In this document: piece by piece, positions 39,833 through 49,623 of the stretch
Layout: each line of letters begins with the position of its first letter
Position numbering within the stretch: position 1 is the first letter of the stretch
NCBI GenBank assembly: GCA_009692615.1
Contig: SHYW01000007.1
Location: forward strand, 245 to 64,244
Reading direction: 5' to 3'
Length of the DNA: 64,000 nt
Source: Deltaproteobacteria bacterium
Lineage (GTDB): Bacteria > Desulfobacterota > Binatia > UBA9968
Notes under the pieces: model-generated
Database searches by the model: none
Seen by the model: the letters and a program-made list of their open reading frames with translations, nothing else
Told to the model about the DNA's origin: nothing
Program-made: the position numbers and the translations under genes

Positions 39833-41449
39833 TTAATTTTCCGCCACGCGCCCTTTGAGCGCGAACATTCCCTGGGGCCGCTTTTGAATGAACAGAATGA
39901 TCAGGATCAAAACGAATATCTTGCCGAGCACCGCGCCGGCGAAGGGTTCGAGAAATTTGTTGATCTCGCCCAAGCCCACCGCGGCGATGATCGTGCCGGC
40001 CAACTGGCCGACGCCGCCCAACACCACGACCATAAAAGAATCGACGATATAACTCTGGCCCAGGTCGGGGCCGACGTTGCCGATCTGCGACAGCGCCACG
40101 CCGCCGAGACCGGCGATGCCGGAGCCGAGACCGAAAGTCAGCCAGTCCACCCGCGGCGTCGGGATGCCCATGCAGTCGGCCATGGCGCGGTTCTGGGTCA
40201 CGGCGCGCACATAGAGACCTAAGCGCGTGCGCGCCAGAAACAGCCACATAATAAAGACCACGATAGCCGCGAACAAAATAATCGCGATACGGTTATAAGG
40301 CAGCACAATATCGGCGCCAAGGTTGAAGCCGCCGGACATCCACGACGGATTGGCGACTTCGACGTTTTGCGCGCCAAACAGAGTGCGAACCAATTGAATC
40401 AGCATCAGGCTAATTCCCCAAGTAGTGAGCAACGTCTCCAACGGTCGGCCGTAGAGAAAACGAATGACGCTGCGTTCGAGCGCGACGCCGACCAATGCCG
40501 CGACGATGAAAGCCGCTGGGATCGCCGCGATCAGATACCAATCCAACGACTGCGGCAAATAAGCGCGGAAAAAAGTCTGCATCAGATAGGTGGTATAGGC
40601 GCCGAGCATCAGCATCTCACCATGGGCCATGTTGATGATGCCCATCAAGCCAAATGTAATCGCCAGGCCGAGCGCCGCCAAGAGCAGCACACTGCCAAGG
40701 CTCAAGCCGCTGAACAAAGCGCCGAGTAGCTGCGGCAGGATAAAACTTTGATCGAGCGCTTGGATCGCCTTTTGCGCTTCGGCTCTGACGCCGTTGTCGG
40801 TTTCGGCGAAGCTGCCGTAAGGATTTTTTTGCAACAGCGCGATGAGAATCTGTTTCGCTTGGGAATTCTTGCTCTCGCCCAAAAGCTTGGCCGCTTCGCG
40901 GCGCGCCACCACGTCGCTACTTTTGATCTCAATCAGCGCGCGCGCCAGCGCCAAAAGCGTTTTCACTTCGCCGTCGCTTTCCTTCGCTAGCGCCGCTTTG
41001 ATCAGCGGCAACATCGCCGGCTCGGGATCGGCCGCGACGATCTTCGCCGCCGCCAGCCGTTCGTCACGCGCGGGCGAGATCAGTTTGAGCGCGGCGAGGG
41101 CGGCGTCGAGCACGCCGCGCACCCGATTGTTGACCACGATCTCTTCAAGTTTTTCCGTCGGCGCGGCGATCGACTCGCCGGTAAGCGCATCCGTGACCGA
41201 ACTGCCGGCGACAATCACCAGCCGGCCGTTGAATAAGCGCAAGGCATCGTCCTGCATCGCCTTGAGCAATGGCACCGCGCTGGCCGCGCCGGAAGCGGCG
41301 AGTTTGGCGATCGCGTCGAGCTTTACGTCACTATCTTCAGCGGCGAGTTGCTGGATCAAAGCGGTGTCGAGGGCAATAACCTCGGGTGCGCTAAAAGCGA
41401 GCCAAAGAAAAACTAGCGCCCAGAGGCGCCAGCGAATCGATGTGATCAT
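39833..41449 (-). CDS. urtB: urea ABC transporter permease UrtB with long N-terminal periplasmic (HEAT-like repeat) extension
   Basis: 538 aa; C-terminal HAAT permease domain; ~230-aa N-terminal alpha-helical repeat region after signal/TM. Confidence 0.85.
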   Translation of the reverse strand: MITSIRWRLWALVFLWLAFSAPEVIALDTALIQQLAAEDSDVKLDAIAKLAASGAASAVPLLKAMQDDALRLFNGRLVIVAGSSVTDALTGESIAAPTEKLEEIVVNNRVRGVLDAALAALKLISPARDERLAAAKIVAADPEPAMLPLIKAALAKESDGEVKTLLALARALIEIKSSDVVARREAAKLLGESKNSQAKQILIALLQKNPYGSFAETDNGVRAEAQKAIQALDQSFILPQLLGALFSGLSLGSVLLLAALGLAITFGLMGIINMAHGEMLMLGAYTTYLMQTFFRAYLPQSLDWYLIAAIPAAFIVAALVGVALERSVIRFLYGRPLETLLTTWGISLMLIQLVRTLFGAQNVEVANPSWMSGGFNLGADIVLPYNRIAIILFAAIVVFIMWLFLARTRLGLYVRAVTQNRAMADCMGIPTPRVDWLTFGLGSGIAGLGGVALSQIGNVGPDLGQSYIVDSFMVVVLGGVGQLAGTIIAAVGLGEINKFLEPFAGAVLGKIFVLILIILFIQKRPQGMFALKGRVAEN

Positions 41450-41510
41450 GATGTCGAATTGGGGTTAGAAAACAGGCCGGTGGCCAGCGCGCCGCCGGCC
41501 TGTCGCCGAG

Positions 41511-42839
41511 TTACTTTTTCGTCGCAACCATTTCCGGCTCGTCTTTCTTCTTGTCGTTGCCGGCGATATAGGGACTCCAGGGTTTCGCCTTCACCGGACC
41601 GGAAGTTTTCCAGACGATATTGAACTGGCCGTCCGCTTTAACTTCGCCGACGAACACCGGTTTATGCAGGTGATGATTCTTCTCGTCCATCTTGATGGTA
41701 AATCCCGAAGGCGCCTTGAAGCTCTGGCCGCCCACGGCGGCGATCACCTTGTCCACATCGGTGGTTTTCGCCTTTTCCACCGCTTGCTTCCACATGTACA
41801 TGCCGACATAGGCGGCCTCCATCGGGTCGTTGGTCAAAGGTTTATCCTTGTGGCCGGCAAGATTTTTCGCCTTGGCGTAGGCGGTCCACTTCTTGGTAAA
41901 CTCTTCGTTGGTCGGATTTTTTAGCGACATGAAATAATTCCACGCCGCCAGATGGCCGACCAACGGCTTGGTATCGACGCCGCGTAACTCCTCTTCTCCC
42001 ACGGAGAATGCCACCACGGGAACATCCTTCGCCTTCAAACCTTGATTGCCCAGTTCCTTATAGAAGGGCACGTTGGAATCGCCATTGATGGTGGAAATCA
42101 CCGCCGTCCGTTTGCCTTCGGCAGCGAACTTTTTGATCTTGCCGATGATCGTCTGATAGTCGGTATGACCGAACGGCGTGTACTCTTCTAGGATGTCGGC
42201 CTCTGGAATGTTCTTGGACTTCAGGAAGGCGCGCAGAATTTTATTAGTCGTGCGCGGATAAACGTAGTCGGTGCCAAGCAACACGAAGCGCTTGGCGGCG
42301 CCACCGTCCTTCGACATGAGATATTCCACCGCCGGAATCGCCTGCTGGTTTGGCGCCGCTCCGGTGTAGAAAACATTTTTCGAAAGCTCTTCGCCTTCAT
42401 ATTGCACCGGATAGAAAAGCAAGCCGTTGAGTTCCTCGAAAACCGGCAACACGCTTTTGCGCGATACCGAAGTCCAACAGCCGAAGACGACGGCTACTTT
42501 ATCTTGAGTGAGAAGTTGGCGCGCCTTTTCGGCGAACAGCGGCCAGTTCGAAGCCGGGTCGACGACTACGGCTTCCAGTTTCTTGCCGAGCACGCCGCCC
42601 TTGGCGTTGATTTCTTCGATAGCCATCAGGGTCACGTCCTTTAAAACGGTTTCGCTGATCGCCATCGTTCCGCTCAATGAATGAAGCACGCCGATTTTAA
42701 TCGTGTCTTTGCTCTGCGCCCTGACCGGCAGCGGCATCGCCAACATTGCGGCAACTCCCATGAGCGCGGCCACCCGCTTCAAGAAATTACACCGACTTAA
42801 TCCAAGCACGATATCGATTCTTTTAAATATGGTAACCAT
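41511..42839 (-). CDS. urtA: urea ABC transporter substrate-binding protein UrtA
   Basis: 442 aa; signal peptide; LIV-binding-protein fold motifs (VVFGCWTSVSRKSVLPV...). Confidence 0.85.
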   Translation of the reverse strand: MVTIFKRIDIVLGLSRCNFLKRVAALMGVAAMLAMPLPVRAQSKDTIKIGVLHSLSGTMAISETVLKDVTLMAIEEINAKGGVLGKKLEAVVVDPASNWPLFAEKARQLLTQDKVAVVFGCWTSVSRKSVLPVFEELNGLLFYPVQYEGEELSKNVFYTGAAPNQQAIPAVEYLMSKDGGAAKRFVLLGTDYVYPRTTNKILRAFLKSKNIPEADILEEYTPFGHTDYQTIIGKIKKFAAEGKRTAVISTINGDSNVPFYKELGNQGLKAKDVPVVAFSVGEEELRGVDTKPLVGHLAAWNYFMSLKNPTNEEFTKKWTAYAKAKNLAGHKDKPLTNDPMEAAYVGMYMWKQAVEKAKTTDVDKVIAAVGGQSFKAPSGFTIKMDEKNHHLHKPVFVGEVKADGQFNIVWKTSGPVKAKPWSPYIAGNDKKKDEPEMVATKK

Positions 42840-42907
42840 GAACTTCCTCCATCTTAAAAATTAGTTAATATAGGGTTCTCTGGATCTCTCCTGTTGGCAT
42901 ATCACAG

Positions 42908-44221
42908 CTAGAATAAAAATTGTGCTTGCAACCTAAAGCGATGCGCATCCAGCGCGCTCGCTTGGCCGCGAAAACTTTCGTTGTCGAGAAAGCTGTAATC
43001 GGCCTGCAGCTTCAGGTTGTGGCCGTAAACGTAATAGTTCAGACCGCCGGTGTACGCGGTGGTTTTGCGAAACACTCCCGAGACATTGAGCTTGTCAAAT
43101 TCAACACCCGAGACTCGCCCGGCCAATTCCAACTTACCGGGCATCAGGTAGTAGCCAAGCTGAGAATAGTATCCCCAGTCATTGCCGTCCGACACTCCAG
43201 GCGTGGTAAAGCTGTCGTGGCGATAGTAGCCGGCACTCTGGAAACTCAATTGATCCCAACGATAGCCGAGATCTAAAGTGACATTGGTCGTGCTGTCTTT
43301 CGCTTTTAGATTTTGAAACGATGACGCACCGTCGATTGGATTGTACGCCGCCGCTACGCCGACCGAGAGTTGCGCTTCGCTCGCCGCCTTGGGCGAACTC
43401 TCGTAGTAACCGTACGGTTTAAGAATATCGAACTCTAAACGTCCAAGCGCGCCGATGTTACTGCCGAAATTCTGCTGACCCGGAGCATCGAGCGCGCGGA
43501 CACTGTTGAGCATCGCCGCATGATAGGAAACCGGGCCGAGTTTACCGGACACATGGGCGCCGATGGAACGTGGCAGATTGAACGCATAATCGGCTTCCGA
43601 CAAATCGGAGAACAGGAGGTTTCCCGGATGGGTGTAAAACTGCCGGCTATACGGCAGGACAAAGCGCCCGCCTTGCAGGCCAAATTCAGGAGCGAAACTA
43701 TATTTCATCCACCAATCCAGCATCGTAATGTTATTGTTGTTGCCGAAGGTGCTTCCTTGCAGCTGCGTGAAGTAAGTTAATTTCGGATCGAACATATTGC
43801 CGGACAGCGCCAACCGCGCCAACCCGACATCGAAGTTCTGGTTGTAGCCGGCGCCGTTCGGCTTGTCCAGCGTGTAACGAAACTGGCCGAAGCCGTTGAC
43901 GACCAGAGAAAACGGCTTGTCCTTGCTACGAATGTAAAATCCACCGTCGTAACCGGCCTCAAGGCTAGGTGCCTTGGCCTTTTCCACGGCATCCACTTTT
44001 TCCTTGGCGGCCAGTTTCGCCTCTTGCGCTTCGAAACGTTTCTCAAGCTGCTCAACATAAGCACGCTGCTTTGCCAACTCTTGGCGCAGCAGTTTTAAGT
44101 CCTCTCCGGCGTCCGCCGCCAACGCCTTACCCGTTGTTAAACCGCTAAAACTGTAACTAACCGCCGCCGCGACCATCGCGATGGCCAGACGACTCCATTC
44201 GACCTTCATAGAAATTCTCAT
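42908..44221 (-). CDS. outer-membrane porin (OprO/P- or FmdC-like) heading the urt-ure locus
   Basis: signal peptide, N-terminal coiled-coil segment, then beta-barrel-like alternating pattern ending ...LQAQFLF (C-terminal Phe). Confidence 0.6.
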   Translation of the reverse strand: MRISMKVEWSRLAIAMVAAAVSYSFSGLTTGKALAADAGEDLKLLRQELAKQRAYVEQLEKRFEAQEAKLAAKEKVDAVEKAKAPSLEAGYDGGFYIRSKDKPFSLVVNGFGQFRYTLDKPNGAGYNQNFDVGLARLALSGNMFDPKLTYFTQLQGSTFGNNNNITMLDWWMKYSFAPEFGLQGGRFVLPYSRQFYTHPGNLLFSDLSEADYAFNLPRSIGAHVSGKLGPVSYHAAMLNSVRALDAPGQQNFGSNIGALGRLEFDILKPYGYYESSPKAASEAQLSVGVAAAYNPIDGASSFQNLKAKDSTTNVTLDLGYRWDQLSFQSAGYYRHDSFTTPGVSDGNDWGYYSQLGYYLMPGKLELAGRVSGVEFDKLNVSGVFRKTTAYTGGLNYYVYGHNLKLQADYSFLDNESFRGQASALDAHRFRLQAQFLF

Positions 44222-44520
44222 CTCCTTATTTTTTTCCCCAAGAATTGTTTATCCGACGCTGGATCAAGCAGAGAGACCACGTCGTATTCCGCCTCTCATT
44301 AAGGACACTAAGCAACTCCCATGCCGCGCATGAAAGACTCGGAAATTCTCTTAACTTACTCGAAACAAAGCAGGTTTCGGCATGACGCGAAGGTTTTTGT
44401 GCCTATTTAATTGGCAAGCAGTGCCTAACGTTTAGGCGGTTACCCAAATTATTATCAAGCAAAGTTTAACTGGCGGGATTTGCTGCTCAATATTCTGGGC
44501 GAGCGGCGGCTGAATTTGAC

Positions 44521-45558
44521 TCAACGGTAAAGCCCATCGATGAAACCGTTGGCTTGCAGCTCACGGACGAAGCGATCGTCGAAAAATCTTTTCGGATCCT
44601 GTCCCTTCGCCTTGGGATTGCGTGGCTCAAGCTCTTCGAGCACCGGGCGAATCGCTTCGACGGTGGGCAACGGCGCGCGCAGCAGATATTTGCTCGCGTA
44701 AATGTCGTACGCTTCCGACAACTGCTCCATATCGGTGGTGCGCAGAAACTTGCTCATAACGCTAATCGTGAATGGCCGGTCGCGCTTCATCCGTGCGATC
44801 GCTTCGACTTGAGCCATCATGTAGCGGCGCACCAGATCCGGCTCCTTGCGAATCACTTCGCCGCGCGTGCTGATGCCGGTCGAGGCGTAGGGAAAGTTCA
44901 GCGATGGAATTTCGAGCAGCTCGCGATAGCCCAGCTTTTTTGCCCGCCCGATCGCCGGGTAGGAGAGAATACCGCCTTGCACCCGATTGCCCTGCATTGC
45001 CGGTACGATCGACTCCATGCCGCCGATTTGCAGGATCGAGACATCTTTCTCCGGAACTAAATTATAGTGGCGCAGCGCCACGCGCGCGCCGGTATCGATG
45101 GTCGTGCCGTAGCGCGTGATACCGATCGCCTTGCCGCGCAGCTGCTCGGCCCGTTCGATCTCCGGGCGCACCATCAGGCTCAGCACTAGCGTGTCAATGG
45201 TCGTGCCGATCACGATCACATCCGCGCCACCTACCGCAGCGCTCACCGTCGTGCCACCGGCGATTTGGAGAAAAGTAATCTCGCCGGCGATCAACGCATT
45301 CATCCCTTCCACGCCGCTCGGCGTCGCGATCACCTCGACTTCCAAGCCATGTTTCTTGAAAATGCCGGCCTCGCGCGCCAACCATGGCACCGCCATGGAG
45401 CCGGAAAGCGAAGTGATCGCCACGCGCAGTTTACGCAGCGGCGCATTCTCCGCGCTTTCAATTTGACTGGCGTTACAGCATAGAAAAACCACGACCAAAC
45501 TTAAGGCGCACAACCGGTTGTGAATTCGTTTCATCGTCTCAGGCCAGCCTTCCACCAT
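44521..45558 (-). CDS. NMT1/THI5-like periplasmic substrate-binding protein
   Basis: signal peptide; ~60% similar in stretches to 31004 ORF. Confidence 0.65.
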   Translation of the reverse strand: MVEGWPETMKRIHNRLCALSLVVVFLCCNASQIESAENAPLRKLRVAITSLSGSMAVPWLAREAGIFKKHGLEVEVIATPSGVEGMNALIAGEITFLQIAGGTTVSAAVGGADVIVIGTTIDTLVLSLMVRPEIERAEQLRGKAIGITRYGTTIDTGARVALRHYNLVPEKDVSILQIGGMESIVPAMQGNRVQGGILSYPAIGRAKKLGYRELLEIPSLNFPYASTGISTRGEVIRKEPDLVRRYMMAQVEAIARMKRDRPFTISVMSKFLRTTDMEQLSEAYDIYASKYLLRAPLPTVEAIRPVLEELEPRNPKAKGQDPKRFFDDRFVRELQANGFIDGLYR

Positions 45559-45578
45559 ATATCATTACTCCAGTCCCA

Positions 45579-46553
45579 CTACCGCCCTATGCCTAGCTCC
45601 TGCTGCGCGCGCCGGAGATAGCTCAAGTCGAGATATTTTTCCGGCGCGGGATAAGGTTTGCTTTTGAACAAGCGATCGCCCATCAAATCGATCAGCCGTT
45701 GAAACCCTTCGCGGTTCACCGAGCCGTCTTTGCTAATAATTCCCTGGGAGAGATATTCGTCGACGGTGACACGCGTCGACTTGAGCGGAATCCCGGTGCG
45801 CTTGGAAATCAAATCAGCCGCTTGTTCGTGGTTGGCGTGAGCCCACTGCATCGCTCGCACCATCGCTTTTAGATAGCGCACCGTCAACTGGCTATTCGTT
45901 TCCGCCCAGCGGCCATCGACGATCAAACTGTGAAATTGCAGGTTGGGAATATAGTCTGACAGTTTTGCGATCTCCAAGAAGCCCAGCTCGCGCGAGCGCG
46001 GCAAATCGCCGCCGAGCAGCATCGTCGCCGACGTACTGCAAGTTTTGAGGCTGGCCAGCCGCTGTCCGGTGGGACCGTTCTGGATAATCGTATAGTCACG
46101 GTTGAGCTCCAGCCCTTCAGCTTTGAGCATTTCCCGCAAAAAGATCGTGCTGCCGGAAACCAAGCTCACCACACCGATGTTCGTGCCCTTGAGATCTTTG
46201 ATCGATTTATATTTCGGACAAGTGACCAACGTGTAGGCCGCGATCGGCACCGTGCCGCCGATGATTTTTAACGCCGCGCCGCGCTCCACGGCATTGATCG
46301 CCGCCGACGGATCGACGATGGCGACATGGATCTGTCCAGCGATCAACGCTTGAATCAACGTATCGGTCGAGCCGATCAGCACAACATCGCCTTGGATTCC
46401 TTCTTGAGCGAAGAAACCTTTGTCCGTCGCCGCGTAGTTCGGCAACTGCTCCACCGTGCGCGAGACGTTGCCGATGATCACCCGGTCGGCAGCGACGGCG
46501 AAGTGAAATGACGAGAGAACTAAAACAAGCACCAGCGGCAAAAAAAATTTCAT
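45579..46553 (-). CDS. NMT1/THI5-like periplasmic substrate-binding protein
   Basis: start at internal Met MKFFLPLVLVLVLSS with GGAGG RBS; ORF-track extension to 46922 overlaps next gene. Confidence 0.65.
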   Translation of the reverse strand: MKFFLPLVLVLVLSSFHFAVAADRVIIGNVSRTVEQLPNYAATDKGFFAQEGIQGDVVLIGSTDTLIQALIAGQIHVAIVDPSAAINAVERGAALKIIGGTVPIAAYTLVTCPKYKSIKDLKGTNIGVVSLVSGSTIFLREMLKAEGLELNRDYTIIQNGPTGQRLASLKTCSTSATMLLGGDLPRSRELGFLEIAKLSDYIPNLQFHSLIVDGRWAETNSQLTVRYLKAMVRAMQWAHANHEQAADLISKRTGIPLKSTRVTVDEYLSQGIISKDGSVNREGFQRLIDLMGDRLFKSKPYPAPEKYLDLSYLRRAQQELGIGR

Positions 46554-46567
46554 GTTCGCCTCCAAAG

Positions 46568-47437
46568 CTAAAGCTTCTGATAATAGTTGGCGTAAAAGTA
46601 ATCGGCGATCTCCGCGCCCGTCGCCTTCCACACGCCGTCGTGAGAACAAATATACTGCAACGCCAAGTCGAGATACTTGACGCGAAAGGCCAGACCGATG
46701 ACAAACGGATGGAGCGGCAGCGTCATCACCCGCGCTTGGGTCTCGCCCTCTGCGTAGAAGGTATCGAACTGATCGCACACCATCTGTAACCAATCCTTCG
46801 GCGTGTGGCCGCCTTGGAAGATCACGCGGATATCGTTCAATCCTTGCTGATAGGGAATCGCGATCATCCGGCCCGACTTCACCCGCATCGCGCAGGGCTG
46901 ATCGTCGAAACCCCAGTCGCAAACGTAATCGAAACCTTCCGCGGCGAGATGATCCAATGTGTTAGGGCTTTCATCGCCGCCGCCCGGTCCGAGCCAGCCG
47001 CGCGGCGCTTTGCCGGTCGCCGCGGCAATAGTATCTCGAATTTGCCGAATCACGCCGCGCTCTTCGTCGGCGGGATATTGATTGATGCGAATATTGTTGG
47101 TCACGCCGTGGCCGAGCCACTCCCACTTTCGTTTATTGCCCTCTTCGATGATCGCCGGATGATGCGCGCAGACATCGGCGTTGAGCAACACCGTGGCGCG
47201 TATGGAATGCTTGTCGAGTACGTCCATCATGCGAAACACGCCGATGCGTGAACCATAGTCGCGCAGCGCGTAACCGGTCACGTCCGGCAAGGAAGAATTC
47301 GCCGCGCCGGGAATCACTTTGTCGATGTGGAAGAATTCGACATTCGGCGCCACCATCAACGCGACGCGCGCGTTGTTCGGCCATTTGAATGGCTGGCGCC
47401 TGACAATCGGCGAGTAATCGTAACGCTCAGTCTGCAT
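46568..47437 (-). CDS. polysaccharide deacetylase (NodB-homology) family protein, PuuE allantoinase-like
   Basis: 289 aa; NodB-domain His/Asp motifs; tandem paralog of 47484 ORF. Confidence 0.65.
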   Translation of the reverse strand: MQTERYDYSPIVRRQPFKWPNNARVALMVAPNVEFFHIDKVIPGAANSSLPDVTGYALRDYGSRIGVFRMMDVLDKHSIRATVLLNADVCAHHPAIIEEGNKRKWEWLGHGVTNNIRINQYPADEERGVIRQIRDTIAAATGKAPRGWLGPGGGDESPNTLDHLAAEGFDYVCDWGFDDQPCAMRVKSGRMIAIPYQQGLNDIRVIFQGGHTPKDWLQMVCDQFDTFYAEGETQARVMTLPLHPFVIGLAFRVKYLDLALQYICSHDGVWKATGAEIADYFYANYYQKL

Positions 47438-47483
47438 GGTTGCTCTCCAAACTTCTTATCCGAAACCCCCAACTCCCTACCCT

Positions 47484-48431
47484 TTACCCCGTACGCGGTT
47501 CACCGCTTGGGATATGCGTCTCGTGCACAGTCATATACCAACTCGCGATCTCCTCGCGGCTGGGGAACCAAACTTTTTCGCGCGAGAGCGCATACTCGAC
47601 AAACTCGCGCAGCGCGCCGATCCGATGCGCGTGGCCCATCACGTGAGGATGCAGGCCGAGGTTCATAATGCGCCCCGTCGCCGCGCCTTCAATGTAAAGT
47701 TGGTCGAAACAGCTCTTCAGCGTTTCCAATCCCGCCGACGCCGGCATGCCGCCGCGTGCGAATAAGTTAAAATCGTTGATATCGTTCGAATACGGCACGC
47801 AGACGATCGGGCCTTTCGAAGTGTGAATCAGATAGGGCTGATCGTCGTTTAGATAATCGCAGTAAGCGATCACACCGAACTCTTTCAAGAACACCGGCGT
47901 TTGCAGCGTGCCACGGATAGCCGAAGACAACCAGGCTTTAGCAGGGCGGCCGACTACTTTCTCGTAGATATCGAGCGTGCGCCGAATCACGGCGCGCTCG
48001 TCTTCTGGCTTGTGCGCGTAATAGGTGAGCAGATCGTTCTGCGCCCAGTTATGCGGCACCAGCTCCCAGTCACGCTCGTTGCAAGCATCGACGATGCGCC
48101 GCCGCTCGGTCATCGTCATGCCGTTGATCGTGCACGATGGCTTTACGCCAAGCTTGTCGAACATCTCGAACATGCGCCAGATACCAATGCGCTGGCCATA
48201 CTCGCGCCAAGTCCAATTTGCCGTATCGAGCACATCGCCCGGCAGCGCGTGCGGAATCGTCATCGGCCCGCCGGTGAACAGCGGCTCTTTCTGCCCCGGC
48301 CGGAACGGTTCCCAGTATTCGATGTTGATCGTAATAATCAGCGCCAACTGCGCGCCGTTGGGAAAGCGCAGCGGCCCGCGGTCCGGTAGCGGCACATAGG
48401 GATAATGTGAAGGCGAAACTTCATCGCTCAT
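47484..48431 (-). CDS. polysaccharide deacetylase (NodB-homology) family protein, PuuE-like (paralog)
   Basis: 315 aa; similar block structure to 46568 ORF. Confidence 0.65.
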   Translation of the reverse strand: MSDEVSPSHYPYVPLPDRGPLRFPNGAQLALIITINIEYWEPFRPGQKEPLFTGGPMTIPHALPGDVLDTANWTWREYGQRIGIWRMFEMFDKLGVKPSCTINGMTMTERRRIVDACNERDWELVPHNWAQNDLLTYYAHKPEDERAVIRRTLDIYEKVVGRPAKAWLSSAIRGTLQTPVFLKEFGVIAYCDYLNDDQPYLIHTSKGPIVCVPYSNDINDFNLFARGGMPASAGLETLKSCFDQLYIEGAATGRIMNLGLHPHVMGHAHRIGALREFVEYALSREKVWFPSREEIASWYMTVHETHIPSGEPRTG

Positions 48432-48446
48432 TCTGTCGTGCCGATC

Positions 48447-49427
48447 CTATCTTCGAACCCTGTCGATAAACCCACTCTTCTTAAGCTCGTCAAGAATACT
48501 TGGCTCCATCACGCGCAGCGACTCCACCGTCTGCCCTTTGGCTTTAGGATTGGTTTTCGCCAGTTGGGCGATCACCAGCTCGACGCCCTTGCGGTCCGGC
48601 ATGCTCAAAAGCCCATCGGCATGGGCTCCTAAAAAATAGTCGTAACCAATTCCATATACTTCATCGTCGGCGCGGATATATTTTTTAATCACCTGAATCG
48701 TCATGGCGCGATCGCGCTTGGCGAGAAACAGCGCTTCGACCAACGCCTTGACGAAGTTCGTCGCCCTCTCCTTGTTGGCGTCGAGATAACTGCGCTTGAT
48801 CATCAAGCAGCTTTGCGGATAAGCCATGCCTGCTTCGGCCATGTCCAAAAGCAAGTTCATTCGGTGCTTTTTAATTGCCATGGTCGCAAACGGCTCAGTG
48901 AACAACGACGCCTCCGTCGAACCATTCGTCAGCGCCGTCAGTCGGTTGGAACTGGCGCCCAGTTGTATGACCGTAACTTGCTTCGAATCGACAGCGAATT
49001 TTTCCAAGGCCGCCTGCACCGCGAAATCGGTGGCCGAACCGAACTGGCTGATGGAAATTTTCTTGCCGCGCAAATCTTGCACGCTGCGGATCTCCGGCCG
49101 GCCGACTAATTTAAATGCAAAAAGATTGAAACCGCCGGTGATCATCGCGATATCCGCGCCCTGCAGGTCGGCGGTGACCGCCAGGGCGCCGGTGGAGAAG
49201 AGAAACTGGCTATCGTTGGACAACAGCGTCTGCACGCCCAACGTGCCGCTATTCATCGCCAAGTATTCCACCTCCATGCCGTATTTTCGGAACAACCCTT
49301 CCTGATTGGCGACCCAAATAAGCGAATGAAGCGGCGTCATACCGCCGCCGCTGACGCGGACTTTTTCCGCTGCGAAGGTCGGCGTAGCACAAAGTAGCAG
49401 AATTGCGATGACGGTTTTTAAGCCCAT
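48447..49427 (-). CDS. NMT1/THI5-like periplasmic substrate-binding protein
   Basis: start at internal Met MGLKTVIAILLLCATPTFAAEK (signal peptide); ORF-track extension to 49580 is non-coding. Confidence 0.65.
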   Translation of the reverse strand: MGLKTVIAILLLCATPTFAAEKVRVSGGGMTPLHSLIWVANQEGLFRKYGMEVEYLAMNSGTLGVQTLLSNDSQFLFSTGALAVTADLQGADIAMITGGFNLFAFKLVGRPEIRSVQDLRGKKISISQFGSATDFAVQAALEKFAVDSKQVTVIQLGASSNRLTALTNGSTEASLFTEPFATMAIKKHRMNLLLDMAEAGMAYPQSCLMIKRSYLDANKERATNFVKALVEALFLAKRDRAMTIQVIKKYIRADDEVYGIGYDYFLGAHADGLLSMPDRKGVELVIAQLAKTNPKAKGQTVESLRVMEPSILDELKKSGFIDRVRR

Positions 49428-49623
49428 GAATGAACCTTCTCGTGTTTCACTTAGCCCATTCACCTCCACCTGTCCATGGCGGAGACCGAGAAATAAGACA
49501 GAGCTTGGAGACAGAGACCGCTCCCCTACCTTTCCTATTTCTATCCCTGTCTCTGTCTCGTCCCGCCGATTGACTTCCACACCGCAGTCAACTTACATTC
49601 GCGACTATTGCAGCGGAGGGAAC

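Noticed and set aside
44411-44426. sigma54-like / palindromic motif TTGGCAAGCAGTGCCT upstream of porin-urt-ure locus
   Set aside because: GG-to-GC spacing is 2 nt shorter than the -24/-12 consensus and palindrome is imperfect; cannot be called without comparative data
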